Shown: one piece after another, positions 28,337 through 37,349 of the stretch
Position numbering within the stretch: the first letter of the stretch is position 1
Layout: each line of letters starts with the position of its first letter
Assembly (NCBI GenBank): GCA_046483495.1
Contig: JAWODC010000093.1
Location: 1 to 38,611 of the forward strand
Length of the DNA: 38,611 bases
Reading direction: 5' to 3'
Source: Desulfobacterales bacterium
GTDB lineage: Bacteria; Desulfobacterota; Desulfobacteria; Desulfobacterales; UBA5616
Notes under the pieces: model-generated
Seen by the model: only the letters and a program-made list of their open reading frames with translations
What the model was told of the DNA's origin: nothing
The model's database searches: none
Translations under genes and position numbers: made by a program

Positions 28337-29161
28337 ATGTCCATTATCATCATATCATCCGAGGACGTTCGGGAAGGTGACTTGGTCGCGCAAAAAATCG
28401 CCGATGCCGCCGGCCACAAGCTGTTAAACCGAAGCATTCTCAAAGAAGTGGCGGAAAAACACCATCTTTCCGACACCAAAATCATTGCAGCATTGGACAA
28501 GCCGGTTACCACGTTCAGCATGCCCATGAAAGTCAGAAAACAATGCCTGGCATATATCCGCGAAGCTGTGCTGGGGGAACTGGTAAAAGATAATGTGGTA
28601 TGCCATGGGCTTGCCGCCCATTTGTACGTGCTGGGGATTTCACATGTGCTCAGAGCCAGGGTCCTCTCGGATTCGGGACAACGCGCCGGCCGGCTTGCCG
28701 CCGCAGAATCGATATCCGTCGAGAAAGCGGTAAAAAAGCTCAACCGGCAAAAAAAACAGCGAAGCCAATGGTCGTCGGAACTCTTCAGAATTGACGAGAC
28801 CGACCCCGGCAGCTATGATTTGATGATCAACCTCAGCAAAATCGGCACCGATGAGGCGGTGGAGATCATCATTCAAATGGTGGCTTCCAGACGATTCACG
28901 CCCATGACATATTCCATTAAATGCTTGCAGGACCTCGAGTTGGCCGCCCGAATTCGATCGAACCTTGTCGAACGTTTTCCCAACATCAGGGTTCGTGCAG
29001 ACGGCGGCAATGTTATTGTGGAAACCCTGGGGCTAAAGAGGGAAAAACGTAAAAAAGAAGCTGTGATCAAGGAAAAGGTGTTGAAGATCCCGGGCGTGGA
29101 TTACCTCGAGATCCATTTTATCAATGATTTCTTTCGCCAAGCGGCTGAAAGTTTTCGATAA
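28337..29161 (+). CDS. Second cytidylate kinase-like/BON-like paralogue, P-loop degenerate
   Basis: Same layout as upstream gene (VVCHGLAAH, SHVLRARV, W...F..D..D...YDLMIN, LAARIR..L, V.ADGG.V, IPGV..LEI) but ISSEDVREG at the P-loop position. Confidence 0.8.
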   Translation: MSIIIISSEDVREGDLVAQKIADAAGHKLLNRSILKEVAEKHHLSDTKIIAALDKPVTTFSMPMKVRKQCLAYIREAVLGELVKDNVVCHGLAAHLYVLGISHVLRARVLSDSGQRAGRLAAAESISVEKAVKKLNRQKKQRSQWSSELFRIDETDPGSYDLMINLSKIGTDEAVEIIIQMVASRRFTPMTYSIKCLQDLELAARIRSNLVERFPNIRVRADGGNVIVETLGLKREKRKKEAVIKEKVLKIPGVDYLEIHFINDFFRQAAESFR

Positions 29162-29307
29162 CCGGGGTGCCCCTTCGGAAGGAGCGTGCTATAGGTCAGA
29201 GGATAAAATCACTGTCGCATAGACATTCCGGGAGAACCTTGATACAGCTCTGATCTCAAAAATGTCACTTTCCGAATGCCCATCCAAAACAAAAGGGAGG
29301 TAATATT

Positions 29308-29721
29308 ATGGCTGAACAACTCGAAGTTCTGCTTCTGGATGACGAAGCCATCGTAGGAAAGCGCTTAAAACCCGCTTTGGCCAAGATCGGCTGCAACGTG
29401 GAGGTTTTCGAAAATCCACGGGCGGCACTCGATCGGATCGATGACAAGGAATTTGACATCGTGGTTACGGATATCCGAATGGATGATATCGACGGACTCC
29501 AGGTCCTGGAGCATGTATCGAAGAAATCACCCCGCACGAAGGTGATCATGATTACAGGCTATGCCATGATGTCACTGGCACGGGAAGCCATGGAAAAAGG
29601 CGCTTATGATTTCATTGCAAAACCATTTCAACCCAATGATTTGAGAAAAGTCATTGCAAGCGCCGCAAAAGCCTTGGGTTCAACGATCGATTTCGATGAG
29701 GCGCTGATCACATCACCTTAA
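29308..29721 (+). CDS. Single-domain response regulator (REC only)
   Basis: LLDDE, VVTDIRM, ITGYA, AKPF; GGGAGG RBS. Confidence 0.92.
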   Translation: MAEQLEVLLLDDEAIVGKRLKPALAKIGCNVEVFENPRAALDRIDDKEFDIVVTDIRMDDIDGLQVLEHVSKKSPRTKVIMITGYAMMSLAREAMEKGAYDFIAKPFQPNDLRKVIASAAKALGSTIDFDEALITSP

Positions 29722-29743
29722 AAACCGTCCTGCGGAACGTCCG

Positions 29744-31321
29744 ATGAAACGAAAACGAAAATCAGATCTGAAAAACATGGAGCAAAGCGAACTTTCTCTG
29801 GATGATTGGGCTGATACAGACCTCAAGACCGAAGCCGCCAAAGCCGCCCTTCTGGCCAGACGACCCATCAGCCTGAGGCTTCAAATCTATCTCGGTTTTA
29901 TACTGGTCTTTATATTAGCCGTGGGCATCGCCGGCGTAATGCTGTATACGATGTATGAAGTGGAAGACCGCTTGAAGCTTCTTCAGGTTGTCAATGATTT
30001 TGTTATCGAAATCGACCAGGCCCGCCGATTCGAGAAAAACTATTTTCTATACGGGACTGATTTGGATGAATCGCTGGAAATCGTGTACCAGGCGGATTTT
30101 ATATTCGAACGGCAGAATAAGGAGTTCAGGAATATCCTCGGGGAAAAAAATTACCGGATCATTGACCAGAACCTCGAAAGCTACCAAAGTTTGTTGGAGC
30201 GGTTATCAAAATTAGATGTCGGGGCGGATGAGCCGGACTCCTTGAACAAGGATCTAATCGAACGGGATCTCCGGCGGCACGGCCATCAAATGCTTTCTCT
30301 TTCCCAGGATCTAATGAACAAATTGCGGGTATCGGTATCCGATGTCCTGCTGCGCTCCAGAATGATTCACGTCTATTTCCTGGTCTTTCTTCTTATTTTC
30401 ATTATTTTTAACGGGTATATCCTGGGAAACCGGATTCTCGCCACCATCAATCGATTCTCCAGATATGCCCAACGCATTGCGGCGGGCGATTTTTCACCCA
30501 TTATGCCCAAACGCCGTTTCAGGGACGAATTCACCGAACTTGCCATTGCCATTAATCACATGATCGAAATGCTGGAGCGGCGTGAGGATGAACTCATCCA
30601 ATTGCACAAAGTACGGGCGGTAGGCACGTTGACCGCAGGCATCGCTCATGAACTGAATAATCCCTTGAACAACATCATGCTGTCCGCCCATCTGCTTACC
30701 GAGGATTATGAGAATCTTTCCGACGCTGACAAAAAGGAAATTATGAACGACATCGTTGAGGAGACAAACCGTTCCAGGAACATTATCAGCAATTTGCTCG
30801 ATTTCGCGCGCCAGAGCAGTTCCCAGGTGGAACCCTTGGATCTTGTCAAACTGCTCGAGGATACCATTCGGCTGGCGTCAAACCAGATAAAGCTCTCCGG
30901 CATCAAAATCGAATTCCATGCTCCGGCCAATCTTCCACAGATACACGGTGATGTTCAACAGTTGCGGCAGGTTTTTTTGAATCTGCTGTTGAACGCGGTG
31001 GATGCATCATCAAAAGGGGGAAAAATACAGGTATTTGTTCTGCCGGCGGATGAGCCCAATTATGTGGCAGTAAAAATAATGGATTTCGGCACCGGCATAC
31101 CGGAGCATATCCTCCATTCCATTTTCGACCCGTTTTTTACGACAAAAGTCAAGGGGAAGGGAACCGGGCTCGGATTGAGCGTATCACAGGGCATCATCAC
31201 AAAGCACGGGGGCCGTATACAGGTACACAGCCGGGAGAAAAAAGGATCCACTTTTACGGTCACCCTGCCGGTCACCACCATTCCCGCCGAAATCAATTCG
31301 ACCCATCATTCCGCTGCCTGA
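29744..31321 (+). CDS. Membrane sensor histidine kinase (TM-helical periplasmic domain-TM-HAMP-HisKA-HATPase)
   Basis: RRFEKNY, DEFTELA..NHM (HAMP), AHELNNPL, QVFLNLLLNA, DFGTGI, FDPFFTTK, GTGLGL. Confidence 0.95.
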   Translation: MKRKRKSDLKNMEQSELSLDDWADTDLKTEAAKAALLARRPISLRLQIYLGFILVFILAVGIAGVMLYTMYEVEDRLKLLQVVNDFVIEIDQARRFEKNYFLYGTDLDESLEIVYQADFIFERQNKEFRNILGEKNYRIIDQNLESYQSLLERLSKLDVGADEPDSLNKDLIERDLRRHGHQMLSLSQDLMNKLRVSVSDVLLRSRMIHVYFLVFLLIFIIFNGYILGNRILATINRFSRYAQRIAAGDFSPIMPKRRFRDEFTELAIAINHMIEMLERREDELIQLHKVRAVGTLTAGIAHELNNPLNNIMLSAHLLTEDYENLSDADKKEIMNDIVEETNRSRNIISNLLDFARQSSSQVEPLDLVKLLEDTIRLASNQIKLSGIKIEFHAPANLPQIHGDVQQLRQVFLNLLLNAVDASSKGGKIQVFVLPADEPNYVAVKIMDFGTGIPEHILHSIFDPFFTTKVKGKGTGLGLSVSQGIITKHGGRIQVHSREKKGSTFTVTLPVTTIPAEINSTHHSAA

Positions 31322-31448
31322 CCTTTCCCGGCACGAGGGCGACGGCAAATCACCTGATTCATACGATCGGCCGAATTATGCCAAACCGTATTTGAAGCCG
31401 CAAAGGCTTTTGAAAAGAACATATAGATCTGAAATAGGGAACCCATGT

Positions 31449-31478
31449 GAGGGAACCCGCACGTCGAACGGGTCCCTC
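31449..31478 (-). terminator. GC-rich hairpin between convergent kinase and barrel genes
   Basis: gagggaacccg ... cgggtccctc, 13 bp past the barrel stop codon. Confidence 0.5.
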
Positions 31479-31491
31479 GGGTGACAAAAAT

Positions 31492-32022
31492 TTACAGGCG
31501 GACGCCGAGACCCAGTGCGTATACAAACCGGCCGTCATCAAAATTTTCGTCCACCTCATCGGCATCATCGAAGGTGACATTGTACTCCACCAGTCCGTAA
31601 ATGAAGGCGGTTTCCGATACGAAGCCCTTGATCCCGATTTCCGGCCCTGCGATCCATGTCTCGTTGACGTTATCGCCGTAGAGGTAACCGAAATTCACTC
31701 CGATAAACGGGTAAAGCCCTCCTATACCAAAATGAAGATCCAAAAACCCTCGGGTCGATCCGCTCCAGTCATCATCACCGCCCTCGATGTCGACAAAGCC
31801 GATTCCCTGCCGCACACCGAGTTCGAGGGCATCGGACATGAAGTAGCCAAGACCGGCTTCCACGGACAACACCGTATTGTCCAGTTCGTCATCGCTGGAC
31901 CCGCTGCCCTGCATGGTCAGTTCGAAATCGCCCATGCGAAACCCCCAATCCTGAGCGGAAGCCATACCGGCTCCCAATGTCAGTCCCAGTACAGCCATTG
32001 CCAAAATCAATTTCTTTAACAT
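31492..32022 (-). CDS. Outer-membrane beta-barrel protein (small, ~8-strand), paralogue 1
   Basis: AGGAGG RBS; signal ASA-Q; alternating aromatic/Gly strands (LGYF, PFIGVNFGYLYG, YALGLGVRL). Confidence 0.8.
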   Translation of the reverse strand: MLKKLILAMAVLGLTLGAGMASAQDWGFRMGDFELTMQGSGSSDDELDNTVLSVEAGLGYFMSDALELGVRQGIGFVDIEGGDDDWSGSTRGFLDLHFGIGGLYPFIGVNFGYLYGDNVNETWIAGPEIGIKGFVSETAFIYGLVEYNVTFDDADEVDENFDDGRFVYALGLGVRL

Positions 32023-32660
32023 TTTTCTCCTCCTGGTGAATCGTTGATGCATGCCCCGGAATCCGTCGGTCCGGAGGCGGTTAAATCCTATTTCAAGCAG
32101 ATCGAATATGCTCATTAAAGAACGTTTTCCTCACTTCCTTTCCATTTCCGTCAGTAAAAACCGGGGTTAATCTATACCTCGATATTCCTCACAACCATGG
32201 GGTAAAGTGCGCAAACGATAAGCCGTATACGGGTATTTCTAAACAGGCGTTTACTCAACGGTTGCCGGACGTATAGCATCTTGAAATTCCATCTTCGACC
32301 GGTGTTGTTATCGCCTTTTTTTCGATTCAAAGCCGCCCAAAACCTGTGATTTTTTCCGGGCTGTGATTCGTATTGCAATCATTGAGAGATACTCCAGGTT
32401 CGGGGCGGAAATACATGATTTGCCCTATTATGTTTTGTGACAGTCTCATCTATAGATTAATCATACCTTTTTGTTATGAAACACTTTTGTAGACACACAT
32501 GCGGCCGATTGCCATCCGAGGCCTGCTGTTTTGGCTATAACCGGAAGAAAAGGAGGTCAAACCAGATACTTACAGAATGAAAAAGGGAATCAGCCCGGAA
32601 AGGGTCGACGAAAGCATAGTCGGCGGCATCATTCCGGTGTGGAACCCGAAGGGGAAAAAG

Positions 32661-33188
32661 ATGTTCAGGAAATTATTGGTTTTGGCAATACTCGTTCTGT
32701 TGCCGTACGGCGCGGCGACAGCCGGGGCCCAGGAATGGGACTTCAAACCGCAAGATTTGGAGCTGACGCTAGGTGGAAGCGGTTCCAATGATACGGAGGG
32801 GGACAATACCGTCATTTCGGTTGAAGGCAGTCTAGGCTATTTTTTCACCGACGCCATGCTCGTCGGCCTGCGGCAGGGAATCGGGTATGCGGATAACAGG
32901 GACAACGGAAACTGGCGGGCATCCACCCGGGCATTTCTCGATTTTCATTTCGATGTAACGGGGGTTCGTCCCTTCATCGGAGTGAATTTCGGGTATTTTT
33001 ACGGAGATGTGATAAAGGACACGGTAGTCGCAGGTCCTGAAGGCGGAATCAAGGCATATGTCACGGATTCCGCCTTTTTGTATGGTGTGCTGGAATACAA
33101 CTTCACCTTCGAAGACGCAGGCAAGCTCGACGAATCCTTTGATTCCGGCCGTTTTGGCTATGCTGTCGGCATCGGCACCCGGTGGTGA
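32661..33188 (+). CDS. Outer-membrane beta-barrel protein, paralogue 2
   Basis: Signal AGA-Q; collinear with paralogue 1 (ELT..GSGS.D, RQGIG, STR.FLD.HF, PFIGVNFGY.YGD, AGPE.GIK); terminal W. Confidence 0.8.
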   Translation: MFRKLLVLAILVLLPYGAATAGAQEWDFKPQDLELTLGGSGSNDTEGDNTVISVEGSLGYFFTDAMLVGLRQGIGYADNRDNGNWRASTRAFLDFHFDVTGVRPFIGVNFGYFYGDVIKDTVVAGPEGGIKAYVTDSAFLYGVLEYNFTFEDAGKLDESFDSGRFGYAVGIGTRW

Positions 33189-33325
33189 AAATTTCCTGAG
33201 CTTTTACAGTACACGGTTTGTAAGAAGGATTTATAAACGAATATTCAGCAAAACAGCGTATACATCAATGACGAAGAGGCATAAATTTTCGAGGGAATCC
33301 GGCCGGGCTTATATATTGGCCGGTT

Positions 33326-33358
33326 GGGAGGAGCGCCGGACCCCTGAGCGCTCCTCTC
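33326..33358. terminator. Hairpin between convergent barrel-2 and PRC-barrel genes
   Basis: gaggagcgc (33328-33336) / gcgctcctc (33348-33356). Confidence 0.55.
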
Positions 33359-33401
33359 CGGTTCCAAATTCTTTCATCACCGGCCGAGCCGGTTCAGGCT
33401 G

Positions 33402-33989
33402 TTATTCCATCATGCCGGGCTCCTGCATCCGGTCCTGCTCTTCCATCATGCCGGGCTCCTGCATTTGGTCCCGCTCTTCCATCATGCCGGGCTGTTGTGT
33501 CTGGCCGGATTCCCCGAAATATCCCCTGACCTCTGTTTCAAAGCTCGACTGGCTCAACTTTTGCCATTCATCTTCATTGAATGAAGGGGCCCGCTCCAGT
33601 TTGGCCTGATCGATGTTCTGCATGGTGATTTCATCCTCGGCCATTTGTACATCCACCTGGTCGTAGGGAATGGGAACGAGTTCAGCCCCGATGCCCACTA
33701 CGCCGCCTCGGGAAAGAACCAGGTAAGAAATCCGCCCTTGTTCATCGATAACAAGATCTTTGATTTCCCCCAATTCATTCCCCTGTTGGTCATTCACCGT
33801 ATGCCCGATCAACTTGTCGGCCCGGGTCATGCCCTGCCCGATCGCCCCTTCCTTTTCCATGCCGGCCATTTTGTCCTTACCCTCGTAAGCGCCTTCTTTA
33901 TGCTCTGCGGACCATGCAGGCCCTGTCATCACCAGAACAAAAACAACCATGGTAAAAACCGTTAACAATGCAAACATACTTCTTTTCAT
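33402..33989 (-). CDS. Exported PRC-barrel domain protein with Met/Glu-rich repeat tail
   Basis: AAGGAGG RBS; signal AWS-A; RADKLIG..V....G..LGEIKDLVID..GRISY.VLS.GG..GIG..LVPIP (PRC); L..AP.F...W...V..YF. Confidence 0.88.
   Translation of the reverse strand: MKRSMFALLTVFTMVVFVLVMTGPAWSAEHKEGAYEGKDKMAGMEKEGAIGQGMTRADKLIGHTVNDQQGNELGEIKDLVIDEQGRISYLVLSRGGVVGIGAELVPIPYDQVDVQMAEDEITMQNIDQAKLERAPSFNEDEWQKLSQSSFETEVRGYFGESGQTQQPGMMEERDQMQEPGMMEEQDRMQEPGMME
33405..33493 (-). repeat. 36-bp coding tandem repeat (~2.5 copies), QEPGMMEE(R/Q)D(Q/R)M
   Basis: ttccatcatgccgggct recurs at 33405, 33441, 33477. Confidence 0.9.
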
Positions 33990-34547
33990 GATAACATCCT
34001 CCTTCTGAATTTTAGGCTTACATTCGATGACAATCCCGCCGGCAGCAGGGGTCCGTTTGCTTTGGACGGGAAGCAGCAAGGATATACTTGCTTGTGCGCA
34101 ATATAAAGTCTGCCGCAGTTTTCCAAAATACGCCGAAACCCTTATTCGAGGAGCAAAGTAACCGCAGAAAAAGGATGGTGTATGGGATGAAAAACACCGG
34201 CTGATCCGACCTTTGAAAAACTGTTATCATTATCTTATTAAGGGCTTAGCCGAAATTAAATCTTTCTTACGGAACATAGTTTAAAGAGTACAAATGAAAC
34301 GATCAGGCAATTAATACGAAATGGTTTCAAAATATTAGAGCCCGGCATACATAGTTTTTCCACCGCATTTCTCAACTTGCCGAAGCGCACTTATAAAATA
34401 TCGCCCGGGGTAAATTCAAACTCATCGGCAAAGGACCCCAAATAATGGTCTGATTTGCGGTAAGCAAACCTAAACCGCACTTGATATCGCATCAATCATC
34501 TTTATATTTTGTATAGAAGTCAACCAGACATCAGGAAGAGGGGCCGA

Positions 34548-34991
34548 ATGCTCGAAAATGAAAATGTCGTTGCTTTAAACAACGTGATCCTTTCCTGCCG
34601 TGAAGCGGCATCCCGTTATCACACCGCATCAACCCTTCTCGATGAAGGAAGTTTGAAAAAAGTGTTCACATCATTTGCCGATTACAGGGAGGATGTTGCC
34701 CGTCGATTGGAGGCCGCCGTAAAAAGGCTGGGGAGTTTGCCGATGGACACAAATCCCGACAAGCAAACACTGGAGATGCTCTGGACCCGGATTAAATCCG
34801 CTGTCGAAAATGATAAAATACATATTTTGTTGACGGAAGGCTTCGACCTGGAAGAAAACATCATCGACGCGTGCGACCATGCACTGGCATGCCCGTTGGA
34901 AGAAGACCTCACCCGCACTATTGCCCGACTGAAGCGTGAATCAGCAACCTGCCGGCAGTGGTTCAAGGATAACGCAGATCTGCCCCCATGA
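34548..34991 (+). CDS. Ferritin-like PA2169/DUF2383 family protein
   Basis: LNNVI....EA...Y..A, L...F...A..R......L...V..LG..P, W..IKSA, E; GGAAGAGG RBS before ATG 34548. Confidence 0.75.
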   Translation: MLENENVVALNNVILSCREAASRYHTASTLLDEGSLKKVFTSFADYREDVARRLEAAVKRLGSLPMDTNPDKQTLEMLWTRIKSAVENDKIHILLTEGFDLEENIIDACDHALACPLEEDLTRTIARLKRESATCRQWFKDNADLPP

Positions 34992-35202
34992 GGAGAAAAC
35001 GGTCGCCCTCGTGCTTTAAAGCCGGCGGCGTATTGAAATCAATAATCAAGAAATCGAAAATACAGTTTCTACCCCATTTGCATGCATTTGCGTTCCCGGT
35101 AGGATATCAGTACAAGCCGCCACTTGCGGGTGAATGTGTGCTTGTTGAATGAACGGCAGGGCGAATCACAATCCAATCACATTTTTGACAAGGAGGATGA
35201 AA

Positions 35203-35337
35203 ATGGCGAAACTAATGCGGTTTATTCTGGCAATGATGCTGTTGATGACGGTTGCATTCACCGCTTGCGAAACCGAAGGGCCTCTCGAGGAACAAGGTGA
35301 AGAAATCGGCGAAGAAATGGACGAGATGACGGAATAG
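35203..35337 (+). CDS. Small acidic lipoprotein (44 aa)
   Basis: AGGAGG RBS; lipobox FTAC; EGP.E..GE.I.E tail common in stress-associated small lipoproteins. Confidence 0.75.
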   Translation: MAKLMRFILAMMLLMTVAFTACETEGPLEEQGEEIGEEMDEMTE

Positions 35338-35343
35338 CCTGAC

Positions 35344-35535
35344 ATGCGAGGCCGGACCAATACGGAATGGTGGCTTTCCGGGGGGACTGAAACATGCGAC
35401 AGCTGCGGGCACCCGTTTATCTACGAGATGGCGTTTTACTGCGCCCATTGCGATTGTTCTCTTTGCCCGTTGTGTGTGCATACTCAGTCTGAAGATATCT
35501 TCTTGTGTCCGGAATGCCTTGTCAAAAAATCGTAG
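35344..35535 (+). CDS. Small Cys-rich zinc-finger protein (four CxxC pairs)
   Basis: CDSC, CAHC, CPLC, CPEC in 63 aa; 6 bp after the lipoprotein stop and 12 bp before ku1. Confidence 0.75.
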   Translation: MRGRTNTEWWLSGGTETCDSCGHPFIYEMAFYCAHCDCSLCPLCVHTQSEDIFLCPECLVKKS

Positions 35536-35547
35536 AGGAAATCATCA

Positions 35548-36336
35548 ATGGCCCCTCGTGCGATATGGATCGGCCGGATTCGATTCGGCGGAATAGCGCT
35601 TCCGGTTAAACTCTTTTCAGCGCTCGAGGACCGCAAGGTCCATTTTCGCCTGCTCCACCAAAAGGACTACACCCCTGTCCGTCAACAGATGGTGGACCCC
35701 CGTTCAGGAGAGCCGGTCCCGCCGGAGAAAATACACCGGGGCTATGAGATCGAGCCGGGGGATATCGTCATGCTGGAAGATGATGAGCTTCAAGGTCTTG
35801 AACCGAAAGATTCCAGGGACATTTTCATTGACCCCTTCGTCGATGAAAACCTGATTCATCATCAATGGTATGACCGTCCATACTATTTGGGGCCTGAAAA
35901 CGAACCGGGCAAGTATTTCGCCCTGGCCGATGCGCTGGAGAACGAAAAAAAAGAGGGCATAGCCCGGTGGATCATGCGAAAAAAACGCTACATCGGTGCT
36001 CTCCGGGCTCAAGACGGTTATCTGAAGCTGATCACGCTTCGGCATGCCGGCGAAGTCATCGAGACCGCCGAACTTCCACGTCCACAGGGCCGTCCCCTGG
36101 AGAAGGCGGAACTTCGCATGGCCGAGCAGTTGGTTCGAGCCTTGGAAGGCGATTTCAATCCCCGGGACTTCCGTGACGAATACAGAAAACGTGTATTGGA
36201 ACTGGTTGAAAAGAAAGCCCGCGGCGAAAGCATACCCGTTCATAAAATCCCCGAGCGTAAACGGGAAGTAATCCCGTTTGCCGATCTGCTCAAAGAAAGC
36301 GTCCGACGGGCAAAAAAGGAGCGAAAGATTGCCTGA
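35548..36336 (+). CDS. ku: Ku protein (NHEJ), copy 1, core only
   Basis: RAIW.G.I.FG....PVKLFSA, FRLLH, GYE, D.PYYLGP, Y..L..AL, G...W.MR, E..MAEQLV, F.P..F.DEY, DLLK.S. Confidence 0.92.
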   Translation: MAPRAIWIGRIRFGGIALPVKLFSALEDRKVHFRLLHQKDYTPVRQQMVDPRSGEPVPPEKIHRGYEIEPGDIVMLEDDELQGLEPKDSRDIFIDPFVDENLIHHQWYDRPYYLGPENEPGKYFALADALENEKKEGIARWIMRKKRYIGALRAQDGYLKLITLRHAGEVIETAELPRPQGRPLEKAELRMAEQLVRALEGDFNPRDFRDEYRKRVLELVEKKARGESIPVHKIPERKREVIPFADLLKESVRRAKKERKIA

Positions 36337-37303
36337 CAAAAACGCTTCTCTTATACGCAGAGCACTCTGGTCGGGGAGTTTGACCTTCGGGCTTGTGAGT
36401 GTACCCGTGGCGATCTTTCCCGGGATCAGCAGGCGGCGCACTTCTCTACGGATGCTTACACCTGACGGCGTTCCGCTGCAGCGCCGTTACTATTGTCCCA
36501 AAGAAAACAAACCGATCGAAGCCGACGAGATCGTGCGCGGGTATGAAATTGAAAAAGAGCGATTTGTTGTCGTTACGGAAGAGGAACTGGAATCGCTGGC
36601 TCCCCGGAAATCACGGGAAATCGATCTGCGCCTGTTCGTACCTGTGGATCAAATCGATCCCATGTACTTCGACCGCGCCTATTTTTTGGTCCCGACGGGG
36701 GATTCACCCAAGGCGTATCGTCTCCTCGCAGAAACCATGGAAAGTACTGCCCGCGCCGGCATCGCCACGTTCGTGATGCGCGGGAAGGAATACCTTGTGG
36801 CCATCCTGGCCGAAAACGGCATCATCCGCGCCGAGACCTTGCGCTTTGCCGATGAAATACGGACCCCGGAGACCATCGGCCTTTCAAAAACCGAGGACTT
36901 CGACCGATCCGACGCAGATGGGATGAAGAAAGAAATCGATGCCTCGGCAGGCAGCACGTTTCACACCGGCGAATTGAAAGATGAATATGAAGAAAAACTG
37001 GCCCGACTTGTCCAACGGAAAAAATCATCCGGCAAAATTGTTCATTACAGCCCCGAAAAAGCGGATGAGCGCGGAGAGGCGGATGTCATCGACCTGGTGC
37101 AGGTGATCAAGCGAAGCATTGAACAGGCCGTTCCGGAAACCGGCCCCGGTGAGGCCGACCAATCGAGGCTCGGGGATTTACAGGCAAAGAGCAAAAAAGC
37201 GCTTTACGATCAGGCAAAATCGATGGATATTCCCGGCCGCAGCGGGATGAGCAGGGAAGAATTGATAGAGGCGCTCCAAAGCGCAAATTCCGACACCGCC
37301 TGA
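36329..37303 (+). CDS. ku: Ku protein (NHEJ), copy 2, with C-terminal Rho-N/HEH-like domain
   Basis: TTG 36329 after AAGGAG, overlapping ku1 stop; RALWSGSLTFGLVSVPV, IVRGYE, IDP.YFDRAY, Y.LL...M, FVMRGKEY, LRFADEIR, VIDL...K.S; tail SKKALYDQAKSMDIPGRSGMSREELIEAL. Confidence 0.92.
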   Translation: MPDKNASLIRRALWSGSLTFGLVSVPVAIFPGISRRRTSLRMLTPDGVPLQRRYYCPKENKPIEADEIVRGYEIEKERFVVVTEEELESLAPRKSREIDLRLFVPVDQIDPMYFDRAYFLVPTGDSPKAYRLLAETMESTARAGIATFVMRGKEYLVAILAENGIIRAETLRFADEIRTPETIGLSKTEDFDRSDADGMKKEIDASAGSTFHTGELKDEYEEKLARLVQRKKSSGKIVHYSPEKADERGEADVIDLVQVIKRSIEQAVPETGPGEADQSRLGDLQAKSKKALYDQAKSMDIPGRSGMSREELIEALQSANSDTA

Positions 37304-37349
37304 TGGTCTTCTATAAATCGCGATCCATGCCGCATAAACCGGTGATCAC

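Noticed and set aside
31447..32019. 190-aa + strand ORF (and similar long antisense ORFs at 7069-7830, 35704-36441)
   Set aside because: Antisense shadows of well-supported genes.
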